Below are positions 1 through 10,261 of a DNA stretch of 64,000 nt, one piece after another. A program made the translations under genes and the position numbers. This stretch comes from Desulfuromonadales bacterium (lineage in GTDB: Bacteria; Desulfobacterota; Desulfuromonadia; Desulfuromonadales; SZUA-540). The notes below the pieces were generated by a model, which was not told the DNA's origin, did no database searches, and worked only from the letters and a program-made list of their open reading frames with translations. Location: positions 96,001 through 160,000 of the forward strand of contig JAWSUS010000002.1 in the NCBI GenBank assembly GCA_033549025.1, written 5' to 3'. The first letter of the stretch is position 1; each line of letters opens with the position of its first letter.

Positions 1-210
1 ATGGTCTCCTGGCTGCTGGAAAAAATTGAGAAGGGGCAGGGAAACATGGACGATCTCGACATGCTGCGCGGCCAGGTGCGCAACATCAACGGCCGCTCCT
101 TCTGCGCCCTGGCCATGGGGGCGATGGGGCCGGTCGAGAGCCTGCTGCGCCTCTTTGAGGAAGAACTCGTTGACCATATTCGCCGGGGTCGCTGCCCCCT
201 TGCTAACTGA
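1..210 (+). CDS. nuoF: NADH-quinone oxidoreductase subunit F, C-terminal fragment (5' end outside window)
   Basis: 'GRSFCALAMGAMGPVESLLRLFEEEL' is the NuoF C-terminal 4Fe-4S region; lies directly before nuoG. Confidence 0.85.
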   Translation: MVSWLLEKIEKGQGNMDDLDMLRGQVRNINGRSFCALAMGAMGPVESLLRLFEEELVDHIRRGRCPLAN

Positions 211-224
211 CGATGTGAACTGCC

Positions 225-2624
225 ATGCCGACACTGACCATCGACAATCTGACCATCATCGTCTCTGAAGGCACCAACGTGCTGCAGGCGGCCGAGCAGC
301 TGGGCATCGTCATCCCCCACTTCTGCTACCACGCCGCCCTCGGAGCGGTGGGCGCCTGCCGCCTCTGTGCCATGACCTTCGTGGACGGCCCGGTCAAGGG
401 GGTGCAGATGAGCTGCATGGTCGAGGCCAAAGACGGCATGGTCGTCTCGACCTCGGATGTCCAGGCGCAGGAACAGCGGGCTCACGTCATCGAATGGCTG
501 ATGATGAATCATCCCCACGACTGCCCGGTGTGCGACGAAGGCGGCCAGTGCCAGCTGCAGGACATGACGATCGCCGGCGGCCACGGCCTGCGCCGCTATG
601 GCGGCAAAAAAAGAACCTTCCGCAACCAGGATCTCGGACCTTTCGTCATCCAGGAGATGAATCGCTGCATCCAGTGCTACCGCTGCGTGCGGACCTATCA
701 GGACTATTGCGGCGGCACCGATTTCGGCGTGATGGGCAGTCGCCAGCGCCTCTTCTTCGGCCGCTTCCAGGACGGCTGCCTGGAGAGCCCCTTCTCCGGC
801 AATCTGGTGGACGTCTGCCCCACCGGCACCTTCACGGATAAAACCTTCCGCTACCGTTCCCGCGTCTGGGACCTGGAGGAGGCGCCCTCCATCTGCCCCC
901 ACTGCTCCCTGGGCTGCGCCACCCTCCCCGGCGCCCGCTACGGTGAACTGCAGCGTGTGCGAGCCGGCGTCAATCCCCACACCAATGGCTTCTTCCTCTG
1001 CGATCGGGGGCGCTTCGGCTACGGCCATGCCAATCATCCCGAGCGCCGTCGCCGCCCGCGCCTTGGCGGTGCCGAGGTCAGCTGGGAGAAGGCACTCGCC
1101 GCCCTGGAGGACCGTCTCGCCGCCGTCCGCCGCATTCACGGGCCCGACAGCATCCTCTACGTGGGCTCGGCGCGCGCCAGCCTGGAGGCCAACACCCTGT
1201 TCGGCCAATGGGCCGGTAGACAGGGCGGACGCCGCCTTGTCTACGAGGTTCACCCCGAGCGCGACCGGGCCGCCCGTCATACCGCCGCCCTGCTGGGCGA
1301 TCACGCCCGCAGTCTGGCGGATATCCGTCAGGCCGACTTCGTCCTGACGCTGGGCTGCGACCCGATCGGGGAAGGTCCCCTTCTCGCCCTGGCCATCCGG
1401 CAGGCGGTGCGGGCGGGGGGACTGGCCGCCAGCATCGACCCCCGTCCCGTAGACCTCTGCTGTTCAGCCGCTCACTTGCCCATGCCGCCCCAGCGCCTGC
1501 CCGAGGTGCTGGCGGCCCTGCGCACCAGGGATTTTTCCCGATTTGCCCGCCAGGAGGCCAGCTTTCTCGAAGGGATTGCTAGTCGCCTTGAGCGGGCGCA
1601 GCGCCCCGTCATCGCCGCCGGTGCCGATCTGCTTGGCGGTGATGGCGTCCGCGAGTTCTTTCGCACCCTGGCAGCCTTCTCGCCCGCCGATCGTTCCTGC
1701 GGTGCCTTTGTGCTGCTGGGCGGACCCAACAGCTATGGGGGCGCCTTGCTCTCGCAGGGGGAAGATACGTTCGACCACCACCTGAATGCCATGCTTAACG
1801 GCAGCGTCCGGGCCATGGTGTGCCTGGAAACGGATCCTTTCAGCGAATATCCCGATCCGGCCCGGGCGGGGGCGGCCCTCTCGCGCCTGGAGTATCTCGC
1901 CGTTTTCGACTCGCTCCCCACGGTTGCTTCCCGCCATGCCGACCTGCTGCTGCCCACCACGGTAACGGCTGAAGGAGAAGGGATCTTCGTTAACAATGAA
2001 GGGCGGCCTCAAGCCTTTCAGCCGGTGTTCTCGGCCGGCCTTTCCCTGCGGGAGACGGGCCAGGGCAAGCACCCGCCGCGTGAATTCACCGAGCCAGGTG
2101 CGGACGAGCAGCCCCGGCAGGCCTGGGCCATCCTGGCCGATCTTCTGGGACTGAAGGACTCGCTGACGGCCCTGCGCCATCAACTTTCCACCCAGAGTCC
2201 CCTGTTCGCGGCCCTAGCCGAACGTCCAGGGGAACGTCTGTTCTCGCCGGCGGCCGCTGTGGCCGAAAGCACCGCCCAGCCGCCGGAGTGTGTGCCAGAA
2301 AAGGCCCTGACCCTGATACCTGTCGAATCCCTTTTCGGTTCCGAGCTGCTGGCCAGCCTGTCGACGCCTCTGCAGCTCCGAGACACCGACCCCTATGTGC
2401 TGCTCCATACCGATGATGCCAAGGAGCGCGGCTTGCGCGAAGGAGACCGGGTTCGCCTGTCCTCCTCCCTGGGCCATTTCAGCCTGACTCTGCGCCTTTC
2501 TTCCCGGATGGCTCAGGGCGTCGCCTTGGTGCCGCGACGGCGCGGCAGCGGCATCGAGCTGTTGGTACCCGGGGGGCCGCGGCAATATGGCTGGCTGGAA
2601 ACGGAAGCAGGAGGTCAGCCATGA
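225..2624 (+). CDS. nuoG: NADH-quinone oxidoreductase subunit G
   Basis: IPHFCYH...GACRLC, HPHDCPVCDEGGQCQLQD, MNRCIQCYRC and CPHCSLGC Fe-S motifs; molybdopterin-oxidoreductase-like C-terminus. Confidence 0.95.
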   Translation: MPTLTIDNLTIIVSEGTNVLQAAEQLGIVIPHFCYHAALGAVGACRLCAMTFVDGPVKGVQMSCMVEAKDGMVVSTSDVQAQEQRAHVIEWLMMNHPHDCPVCDEGGQCQLQDMTIAGGHGLRRYGGKKRTFRNQDLGPFVIQEMNRCIQCYRCVRTYQDYCGGTDFGVMGSRQRLFFGRFQDGCLESPFSGNLVDVCPTGTFTDKTFRYRSRVWDLEEAPSICPHCSLGCATLPGARYGELQRVRAGVNPHTNGFFLCDRGRFGYGHANHPERRRRPRLGGAEVSWEKALAALEDRLAAVRRIHGPDSILYVGSARASLEANTLFGQWAGRQGGRRLVYEVHPERDRAARHTAALLGDHARSLADIRQADFVLTLGCDPIGEGPLLALAIRQAVRAGGLAASIDPRPVDLCCSAAHLPMPPQRLPEVLAALRTRDFSRFARQEASFLEGIASRLERAQRPVIAAGADLLGGDGVREFFRTLAAFSPADRSCGAFVLLGGPNSYGGALLSQGEDTFDHHLNAMLNGSVRAMVCLETDPFSEYPDPARAGAALSRLEYLAVFDSLPTVASRHADLLLPTTVTAEGEGIFVNNEGRPQAFQPVFSAGLSLRETGQGKHPPREFTEPGADEQPRQAWAILADLLGLKDSLTALRHQLSTQSPLFAALAERPGERLFSPAAAVAESTAQPPECVPEKALTLIPVESLFGSELLASLSTPLQLRDTDPYVLLHTDDAKERGLREGDRVRLSSSLGHFSLTLRLSSRMAQGVALVPRRRGSGIELLVPGGPRQYGWLETEAGGQP

Positions 2625-3616
2625 TGGATATGCTGCTGACTCTCGCCCTGATTCTGGTCAAGCTCCTCCTCATCTTTGGCGTCGTTCTAACCCTGGCTGC
2701 CTATCTGGTACTGGCGGAACGCAAGATCCTCGGACGCCTGCAATTGCGTCACGGCCCCAATCGCGTCGGCCCCTTCGGCCTGTTGCAGCCGCTGGCCGAC
2801 GTCATCAAGCTGCTCACGAAGGAAGACACGATTCCGGCCGGCGCCGACCGGCCCATCTTTCTGCTGGCGCCCGGCCTCACGGCCATCACGGCCCTGCTCG
2901 CTTTTGCCGTGGTCCCTTTTTCGCCCCCCATCACCCTTTTCGGCCGCACCATTCCCTTGGTTGTGTGCGATCTGAACATCGGGGTGCTCTACTTTCTCGG
3001 CCTATCGTCCCTGGCGGTCTACGGTGTGGCCCTGGGCGGCTGGGCCTCCAATTCCAAATACGCCCTGCTCGGCTCCATCCGCGGCCTGGCCCAGCTTATT
3101 TCCTACGAACTGTCCATGGGACTGGCCATCGTGCCGGTGGTGCTGGCCACACGCTCCTTCTCCCTCACCGATATCGTCATGGCTCAGGCGAAGCTCCCCT
3201 TCGCCGTGGTGCACCCTTTGGCCTTTCTGATATTCTTTATCAGCATGCTGGCGGAATCGAAGCGGGTTCCCTTCGACCTGCCCGAGGCGGAAGCCGAGCT
3301 GGTGGCCGGATTTCACACGGAATATTCGGGTATGCGTTTCGGCCTCTTTTTTGTCGGCGAATACATCAACATGATCATTCTCAGCGCCATGATCACCGTG
3401 CTTTTTCTGGGTGGCTGGCATGGCCCCCTGCTGCCGCCGCTGGCTTGGTTCGTCGGCAAGGTTCTGTTCGTCTGCTTCCTCTTTATCTGGACCAGGGGCT
3501 CGCTGCCACGGCTGCGCTACGACCAGCTCATGCACTTCGGCTGGAAGGTGCTGGTCCCCCTGGCCCTGCTGAACGTCCTCGTTACCGGAGCGGTACTGCT
3601 CTGGCTGGGAGTCTGA
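2621..3616 (+). CDS. nuoH: NADH-quinone oxidoreductase subunit H
   Basis: ERKILGRLQLRHGPNRVGPFGLLQPLAD, PFDLPEAEAEL and PRLRYDQLM motifs. Confidence 0.97.
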   Translation: MMDMLLTLALILVKLLLIFGVVLTLAAYLVLAERKILGRLQLRHGPNRVGPFGLLQPLADVIKLLTKEDTIPAGADRPIFLLAPGLTAITALLAFAVVPFSPPITLFGRTIPLVVCDLNIGVLYFLGLSSLAVYGVALGGWASNSKYALLGSIRGLAQLISYELSMGLAIVPVVLATRSFSLTDIVMAQAKLPFAVVHPLAFLIFFISMLAESKRVPFDLPEAEAELVAGFHTEYSGMRFGLFFVGEYINMIILSAMITVLFLGGWHGPLLPPLAWFVGKVLFVCFLFIWTRGSLPRLRYDQLMHFGWKVLVPLALLNVLVTGAVLLWLGV

Positions 3617-3617
3617 C

Positions 3618-4148
3618 ATGTCCCTCTGGCGCGATATTCAGGGTACCCTGCAGCCCTTCTGGGTCACCCTGCGCAACCTGATGCGCAAACCGGTGACCCG
3701 GCAGTACCCAGAAGAAAAAACCGTTCCGTCTTTCCGCTACCGGGGCCGGCTGGTCCTGACGCGCGATCCCCAGGGTGAGGAGCGCTGCGTCGCCTGCCAT
3801 ATGTGCAGCGCCGCCTGCCCTGTCGACTGCATTTCGATGCAGGCGGCCGAAGCCGAGGATGGCCGCCGCTACGCCGCCTGGTTCCGCATCAACTTCGCCC
3901 GCTGCATCTTCTGCGGCCTCTGCACCGAGGCCTGTCCGACCCTGGCCATCCAGATGACAACGGATTACGAGTTCGGCAAGAGAGATCCGCTGCACTTCGT
4001 CTATGAGAAAGACGACCTGCTCATCGACGACGGCGGCAAGGATCTCCACTATGATTTTTATCGCCATGCCGGCATCGGCGTGGCCAACCCCCGGGGAAAG
4101 AACGCGGACGAATATGGTCCCGTCGACCCCGGCAGCCTGCTGCCCTGA
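3618..4148 (+). CDS. nuoI: NADH-quinone oxidoreductase subunit I
   Basis: Two CxxCxxCxxxCP motifs (CVACHMCSAACP, CIFCGLCTEACP); QYPEEK. Confidence 0.96.
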   Translation: MSLWRDIQGTLQPFWVTLRNLMRKPVTRQYPEEKTVPSFRYRGRLVLTRDPQGEERCVACHMCSAACPVDCISMQAAEAEDGRRYAAWFRINFARCIFCGLCTEACPTLAIQMTTDYEFGKRDPLHFVYEKDDLLIDDGGKDLHYDFYRHAGIGVANPRGKNADEYGPVDPGSLLP

Positions 4149-4160
4149 GGTAATCACATC

Positions 4161-4688
4161 ATGGCGACCGCCCTGTTCTACATTTTAGCCCTCACCGCCC
4201 TGGCCGCCACGGGCATGTGCATCACCCGGCGCAATCCCGTGCACGCCGTCCTCTATCTGGTCAACGCCTTTTTCGCCCTGGCCCTGCTCTTTTACCTGCT
4301 CGGCGCCCCTCTGGTGGCCGCCTGGGAGGTCATCATCTACACCGGGGCGATCATGGTTCTTTTTCTTTTCATCATCATGATGCTCGAACTGGCCCCGGAC
4401 CAACCCGGGCAGGGGGCAGGCTGGCGTCGCTGGGGACCGGTCGTGCTGCTCTCTGGCGTGCTGCTAAGCTGCACCCTTCTCTTGCTTGGCCTCGACAGCA
4501 CCGGTTCCGGCGGGGTGCCCCGCTTCTACGCTTCACCACGCACCTTCGGTTACGCCCTGTTCAAGGAGTACGCCCTGGCTGTGGAAATCGTCTCTTTCCA
4601 GTTGCTGTTCGCGGCGGTGGGGGCCTACTACGTAGGACGGGTCGATCGTCGGAAACAGCACCCTGAAGCACGCAGGGAGGACGCATGA
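4161..4688 (+). CDS. nuoJ: NADH-quinone oxidoreductase subunit J
   Basis: RNPVHAVLYL and IIYTGAIMVLFLFIIMML; operon position. Confidence 0.95.
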   Translation: MATALFYILALTALAATGMCITRRNPVHAVLYLVNAFFALALLFYLLGAPLVAAWEVIIYTGAIMVLFLFIIMMLELAPDQPGQGAGWRRWGPVVLLSGVLLSCTLLLLGLDSTGSGGVPRFYASPRTFGYALFKEYALAVEIVSFQLLFAAVGAYYVGRVDRRKQHPEARREDA

Positions 4689-4990
4689 TCGTACCCCTCT
4701 CTCATGTGCTCGGCTTTGCCGTCGCCCTCTTTCTCATGGGGCTCGCCTGCACCCTGGCGCGGCGCAACCTGATTATGATCCTCATCGGCATCGAAATCAT
4801 GCTCAACGCCGCCGGTCTGGCCTTTATCGGGGCGGCGGCCTTCTGGCAACAGGTCGACGGCCAGATTTTTGTAATTTTTCTGATGGCCATGACTTCAGCC
4901 GAAGTCGCCATTTCCCTGGCGATGGTCGTCTACCTGCGTCGTCAGAAGGCCAGCCTCGACGCCGACGCTTATGACGGGATGAAGGGATGA
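4685..4990 (+). CDS. nuoK: NADH-quinone oxidoreductase subunit K
   Basis: RRNLIMILIGIEIMLNA and AEVAISLA; 101 aa with three TM helices. Confidence 0.95.
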   Translation: MIVPLSHVLGFAVALFLMGLACTLARRNLIMILIGIEIMLNAAGLAFIGAAAFWQQVDGQIFVIFLMAMTSAEVAISLAMVVYLRRQKASLDADAYDGMKG

Positions 4991-6855
4991 CCCATTCCAT
5001 ATTGCTGCTCATACCCCTGGCGCCGCTCTTGGGGGGGATCCTCAACGTGCTTTTCGGCATGCGCCTGCCACGCCGTCTGAGCGAATTTCTGGCCGTGGCC
5101 GGGGTGGCGGCGAGCGCTCTGCTGACCCTGGCCGCCGGGCCCCTGGCCAGCGGGGCGGGCACCCGGATTACCCTCTTCACCTGGCTGCAGAGCGGCCCCC
5201 TGCAGGTCCCCTTCGAGCTCCTTTTCGATCCGCTTTCTGCCCCCATGGCGCTCATGGTGACCGCTGTTTCTACCCTGATCCACCTGTACGCCATCGGCTA
5301 CATGCAGGGCGAGGAGGGCTATGCCCGCTTTTTCGCCCTCCTCAATCTGTTCGTCTTCGCCATGCTCCTTATCGTGCTGGCCGACAACCTGCTCGTGCTC
5401 TTTCTGGGCTGGGAGGGGGTGGGATTCTGTTCCTACGCACTCATCGGCTTCTGGTATCGGCAGGAGAAGAACGCCAACGCCGGACGCAAGGCCTTTCTCG
5501 TCACCCGCGTCGGCGATGTCTTTCTCGGCATCGCCATCCTCTGGCTGTACGACCTCTTCGGCACTCTCTCCATCAGCACCATCAACAGCCAGGCCGCCGG
5601 ACTCGCCGCCGGCGTCGCCACGCCCCTGGTCGTCCTGCTTCTGCTGGGCGCCTGCGGCAAGTCGGCCCAGCTTCCCCTCATGACCTGGCTCCCCGACGCC
5701 ATGGCCGGCCCCACTCCGGTCTCGGCCCTCATTCATGCCGCCACCATGGTCACCGCCGGCGTCTACCTGCTCTGCCGCCTCTTCCCCCTCGTCAGCCTGT
5801 CAGCTACCGGCATGGCCCTGATCAGCGCCGTCGGTGCCCTGACCGCCTTTTACGCCGCCACCTGCGCCCTGGCCCAGCGGGAGATCAAAAAAGTGCTGGC
5901 CTACTCCACCATGAGTCAGGTCGGCTACATGTTCCTCGGTGTCGGCTCAGGGGCGGTTGCCGGCGCCATGTTCCACCTCTTCACCCATGCCTTTTTCAAA
6001 GCCCTGCTGTTCATGGCGGCGGGCTGTGTCATTCATCTCTGCGCCCAGGAGAACGACATCTTCCGCATGGGGGGTCTGGCCAGAAAAAGCCGGCTGGTCT
6101 TCCTTCTTTTTCTAGCCGGGGCCCTGAGCCTGGCCGGCGCGCCTTTGAGCAGCGGTTTTTTTTCCAAGGACAGCCTGCTCGCCGCCGACTATGCCCGGCA
6201 CACCCCCTTTTATGAGGGACTGTTTGTCCTGGCGGTGTTGACCGCCCTGCTGACGGCTTTTTACACTTTCCGCCTGGTCTATCTCGTCTTTGCCGGGCCA
6301 CCGCGTTTTTCCACTGAGCCGCATACGCTGCCACGCCTGATGACCTGGCCCCTGATTCCTCTCGCGCTGGTGGCCATCGGCGGCGGTCTGATCAACCTGC
6401 CGGAATTCTACGGGGGCCATGCCTGGCTTTCCCATTTTCTCGGTTCTCTGGCCGGCGCCCCTGTTCACATCAGTCACCGGGAAGAAGGATTCATCGCCGC
6501 ACTGGCCGTTATCCTCTTCGCCCTTGGCTGGCTGCTGGCCCGCCATCGCTATCAGGGAGATCTCCCCGCCGAGACGGGCCCGGTCTGGCGGTTTCTCGCG
6601 GCCGGCTGGCAAGCGGATGCTCTCATCCGCAAGGTCGTGCTGGCTCCCTTTGCTTCTCTCGCGCGCTTTTTCTGGCAGGGGACGGATGCCGCTCTCATCG
6701 ATGGCATCCTCCATAGTCTGGCCCGGGGCTGCCAGTTTGGCGGCGATAGGCTGAGAGCCCTGACCAGTGGCCGGCTTTCCCATTACCTCGCCGCAGTGGC
6801 CTGGGGATTGTTGCTGATCATGCTCTTTTTCCTGCTGCAGCTGGCCCAGAGCTAG
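4987..6855 (+). CDS. nuoL: NADH-quinone oxidoreductase subunit L
   Basis: GKSAQLPLMTWLPDAMAGPTPVSALIHAATMV and HAFFKALLF. Confidence 0.97.
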   Translation: MTHSILLLIPLAPLLGGILNVLFGMRLPRRLSEFLAVAGVAASALLTLAAGPLASGAGTRITLFTWLQSGPLQVPFELLFDPLSAPMALMVTAVSTLIHLYAIGYMQGEEGYARFFALLNLFVFAMLLIVLADNLLVLFLGWEGVGFCSYALIGFWYRQEKNANAGRKAFLVTRVGDVFLGIAILWLYDLFGTLSISTINSQAAGLAAGVATPLVVLLLLGACGKSAQLPLMTWLPDAMAGPTPVSALIHAATMVTAGVYLLCRLFPLVSLSATGMALISAVGALTAFYAATCALAQREIKKVLAYSTMSQVGYMFLGVGSGAVAGAMFHLFTHAFFKALLFMAAGCVIHLCAQENDIFRMGGLARKSRLVFLLFLAGALSLAGAPLSSGFFSKDSLLAADYARHTPFYEGLFVLAVLTALLTAFYTFRLVYLVFAGPPRFSTEPHTLPRLMTWPLIPLALVAIGGGLINLPEFYGGHAWLSHFLGSLAGAPVHISHREEGFIAALAVILFALGWLLARHRYQGDLPAETGPVWRFLAAGWQADALIRKVVLAPFASLARFFWQGTDAALIDGILHSLARGCQFGGDRLRALTSGRLSHYLAAVAWGLLLIMLFFLLQLAQS

Positions 6856-6889
6856 CCTGTTGCTTTAAGCCTTAGCCTGACGGTTTGCC

Positions 6890-8383
6890 ATGGAGACCTC
6901 GTTGCCTTTACTTTCCCTGCTTGTGTGGCTGCCCCTGCTGGGGGCTCTGGCCTGCCTGCTGCTACGCCCTTACGCCGGAGCCGGTCGCTGGACAGCTTTG
7001 GCTGTGACCACCGCCGTTTTCTCCCTTAACCTCTGGGCTTTTGTGGAAAGTCGCGGCCTCGGCGGTTGGCTCTGGCTGGAAGATCATGCCTGGATTCCCC
7101 GCTACGGCATTCGCTACACGCTCGGGATGGACGGTCTTTCCCTGACCCTGACCCTGCTGACCGCCTTTTTACTGGTCATTGCCGTCCTGATTTCCTGGCG
7201 CCTCGACGTCCACACGCATTTCTTCTTCTCACTGCTGCTCTTGATCGAGAGCGGCATCATGGGCGTTTTTCTCGCTCTTGACCTGGTTCTCTTCTATCTC
7301 TTCTGGGAGGTCATGCTCATCCCCATGTTCTTTCTCATTGGTGTCTGGGGGCATGAGCGTCGGCTCTATGCCGCCGTCAAATTCTTTCTCTTTACCCTGG
7401 CGGGCAGCCTGCTCATGCTGCTGGCCATGATCACTCTTTACCTTGTACATGGCGACCAGACCGGTCATTACACCTTCGCGCTGGCCGCCCTGGTTGGCAC
7501 CCAACTCCCGCCGGCCCTTTCCTGGTGGCTCTTCGGGGCCTTTTTCGCCGCCTTTGCCGTCAAGGTGCCCCTTTTTCCCCTGCACACCTGGCTACCTGAC
7601 GCCCACACCGAAGCCCCGACGGCCGGCTCCATCATCCTGGCCGGGGTCCTGCTCAAAACAGGGGTCTATGGGCTGCTGCGTTTCGGCTTCCCCCTCTTTC
7701 CCGAACCGGCCCATACCTGTCTGCCCATGCTGGGCGCCTTGGGCCTGATCGGCATTTTTTACGCCGCCTGGATTGCCTACGCCCAGAACGACGCCAAACG
7801 GCTGATCGCCTATTCCTCCGTCGCGCACATGGGGTTCGTGATTCTCGGGGTGGCGGCCTGGCACACCACGGCTGTGGAAGGGGCGCTGCTGCAGATGGTC
7901 AATCACGGCATCACCACCGGAGCGCTCTTCGCCCTTATCGGCATGATCGACACCCGCGCTCACACCCGCGAAATTAGCAACCTAGGGGGGCTCTGGTCGA
8001 AAGCCCCTGTTCTCGGCGCCTTTTTTCTCTTTTTTGCCCTGGCCTCCCTCGGGTTGCCCGGCCTGAACAACTTTGCCGGTGAGATTCTGATCCTTATCGG
8101 CACCTTTGCTTCCCATCCTCTCTGGGCCGTGCTGGGGCTGGCTGGGGTACTCTTTGCCGCCATTTACATGCTCAGGCTCGTTCAGGGGGTCCTCTGGGGG
8201 CAACCACACAGCCCGCGGGACTGGCCGGATATTTCCTGGCGGGAGACGATTATCCTGGTGCCTCTTGCCCTGCTCGTCCTTTGGCTTGGCCTTTACCCGC
8301 ACCCCTTTCTTGAGGTCTTGAGAGACCCCGTACAACGCCTTTTGCTGGGAACATCGCTGATCGGCTTGGGAGGACTGCCATGA
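6890..8383 (+). CDS. nuoM: NADH-quinone oxidoreductase subunit M
   Basis: VKVPLFPLHTWLPDAHTEAPTAGS and KRLIAYSSVAHMG. Confidence 0.97.
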   Translation: METSLPLLSLLVWLPLLGALACLLLRPYAGAGRWTALAVTTAVFSLNLWAFVESRGLGGWLWLEDHAWIPRYGIRYTLGMDGLSLTLTLLTAFLLVIAVLISWRLDVHTHFFFSLLLLIESGIMGVFLALDLVLFYLFWEVMLIPMFFLIGVWGHERRLYAAVKFFLFTLAGSLLMLLAMITLYLVHGDQTGHYTFALAALVGTQLPPALSWWLFGAFFAAFAVKVPLFPLHTWLPDAHTEAPTAGSIILAGVLLKTGVYGLLRFGFPLFPEPAHTCLPMLGALGLIGIFYAAWIAYAQNDAKRLIAYSSVAHMGFVILGVAAWHTTAVEGALLQMVNHGITTGALFALIGMIDTRAHTREISNLGGLWSKAPVLGAFFLFFALASLGLPGLNNFAGEILILIGTFASHPLWAVLGLAGVLFAAIYMLRLVQGVLWGQPHSPRDWPDISWRETIILVPLALLVLWLGLYPHPFLEVLRDPVQRLLLGTSLIGLGGLP

Positions 8384-9807
8384 CCCTGACGGAACTGCAC
8401 GCCCTGCTCCCGGTTCTGCTGCTGGCAGCCGGCGCCGTGGCCCTGCTGTTGGCCGGAGCCTGGCAAGCGTCCTATGCCACCGCCATGACGTACGGTATCC
8501 TCATCGCGCTGGGGAGCGTCGCCATCGCCCTTTTTTATGAACCGGTCTCTGGTTTGGTGGGGTTCGGACTTTTCACCGTTGACCGTTACAGCCGCTTTTT
8601 CTCCGTTCTCTGGTCTGCTGCCGCGGCTCTCACCCTGCTCATGTCCTTTCGCTACGGGCACAGTCGCTCTTTTTTGGGGGGGGAATATGCCGCCCTGATT
8701 CTCTTTGCCGCTGCCGGCATGATCCTGCTTTCCAGCGCCTCCTCTTTCGTGGGCCTGTTTCTCGGTTTGGAGACCTTCACTCTCGTCTTTTACATCCTCA
8801 TCGCCTTCCACAAAGGCTCATCCTTGGGAGCAGAGGCCGGCCTTAAATATCTGATCATGGGTGGGGTGGCCACCGGCCTGCTGGCTATGGGGATCGCCCT
8901 GATCTATGCCGCCACCGGCACCTTCCATTTCGATCAGGCTGCCTTCATACCGAGCGGCGACCAGGCCCTGCGTCCCCTGCTCCTGGCCGGCTGGGCTCTG
9001 CTGCTGGGTGGACTCGGCTTCAAAACGTCCCTGGTTCCTTTTCACCTCTGGACCCCCGACGTCTACGAGGGGGCGCCCGCGCCGGTGACCGCCCTGCTGG
9101 CCACGGGATCCAAAGGGGCCGTCTTCGCCGCGCTGGTTCTGCTCTTTGCCGGCCGAGATTTGGCTGGCTCGCCGTTAAGCAGCCTCCTGTGGCTGCTGTC
9201 TGCCCTCTCCATGGGAGCCGGCACCCTCTGCGCCCTGCGGCAGGACAGTCTCAAGCGTATGCTCGCTTACTCGTCGATCGTTCATATGGGCTACCTGCTG
9301 CTGGCCCTCCTTGCGGCCGGAAGCCACGGCTCGGGAGCCATCCTTTTCTATCTGGTCGCCTACAGCGGCGCTACCCTCGGCGCCTTCGCCGTGCTGACGG
9401 CCTTATCACCGGCGAACGCCGAGGCGGGTTCCTACGACCATTTCCGCGGCGCCGGGTATCGGCAGCCACTGGCGGCCCTGGTCCTGCTGACCTGCATGCT
9501 TTCGCTGGCCGGCATTCCACCGACGGCCGGCTTCATGGGCAAGTTTTCCATTTTTTACGCCGCCATCGAAGGAGGGTATACAGGTCTCGCCCTCATTGGT
9601 ATACTCAGCTCCCTGATTTCCCTGGCCTATTATCTGCGCCCCGTCATGGTCATGTACATGACGGGCTCTGAAGGAGGCCTGACTGTGACCGGAACGTCCT
9701 GCTCGGCCGCTGAAAAATCCGTACTGGTCATCTGCCTGCTGGGCACTCTGTTGCTGGGGGTCTATCCGGGCCCGCTTTTCGATACCATCGCCCTCGTGCT
9801 GCCGTGA
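8380..9807 (+). CDS. nuoN: NADH-quinone oxidoreductase subunit N
   Basis: EAGLKY, PFHLWTPDVYEGAP, KRMLAYSSIVHMGY, GIPPTAGFMGKF. Confidence 0.97.
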   Translation: MTLTELHALLPVLLLAAGAVALLLAGAWQASYATAMTYGILIALGSVAIALFYEPVSGLVGFGLFTVDRYSRFFSVLWSAAAALTLLMSFRYGHSRSFLGGEYAALILFAAAGMILLSSASSFVGLFLGLETFTLVFYILIAFHKGSSLGAEAGLKYLIMGGVATGLLAMGIALIYAATGTFHFDQAAFIPSGDQALRPLLLAGWALLLGGLGFKTSLVPFHLWTPDVYEGAPAPVTALLATGSKGAVFAALVLLFAGRDLAGSPLSSLLWLLSALSMGAGTLCALRQDSLKRMLAYSSIVHMGYLLLALLAAGSHGSGAILFYLVAYSGATLGAFAVLTALSPANAEAGSYDHFRGAGYRQPLAALVLLTCMLSLAGIPPTAGFMGKFSIFYAAIEGGYTGLALIGILSSLISLAYYLRPVMVMYMTGSEGGLTVTGTSCSAAEKSVLVICLLGTLLLGVYPGPLFDTIALVLP

Positions 9808-9829
9808 ACCCTGAACCAGGAGAATTTTC

Positions 9830-10228
9830 ATGGATAAACGCATTGCCCAATTCCTCAAGGCTGATACGTTCGCCGTCGCCGGTGCTTCCACCAATCGGGA
9901 CAAATACGGCAACAAGGTCCTGCGCTGCTACCTGCAGAACGGTCGGAAGGCCATCCCCATCAATCCCAGGGCTACTGAAATCGAAGGTGTACCCTGCGTG
10001 CCCTCGGTGGCCGATCTGCCCGCCGGGGTAAAGAGCCTGTCCATCATTACTCCACCGAAAATCACCGAACAGGTGGTCTCTGCCGCCATCGCTCAAGGCA
10101 TCGAAAATATCTGGATGCAGCCTGGAGCCCAGAGTCCCGCCGCCATTGCCCAGTGCGAAGAAAACGGCATCAACGTCATTGCCGATGGCAGCTGCCTGCT
10201 CGTTGTTCTCGGTTTTCGCGATAGCTAA
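9830..10228 (+). CDS. CoA-binding protein (YccU-like)
   Basis: FAVAGASTNRDKYG...PINP...IWMQPGA; RBS AGGAG upstream. Confidence 0.85.
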   Translation: MDKRIAQFLKADTFAVAGASTNRDKYGNKVLRCYLQNGRKAIPINPRATEIEGVPCVPSVADLPAGVKSLSIITPPKITEQVVSAAIAQGIENIWMQPGAQSPAAIAQCEENGINVIADGSCLLVVLGFRDS

Positions 10229-10261
10229 GCGGGTCTAGGGCTCCTTCTCAAAAAGGCCGTC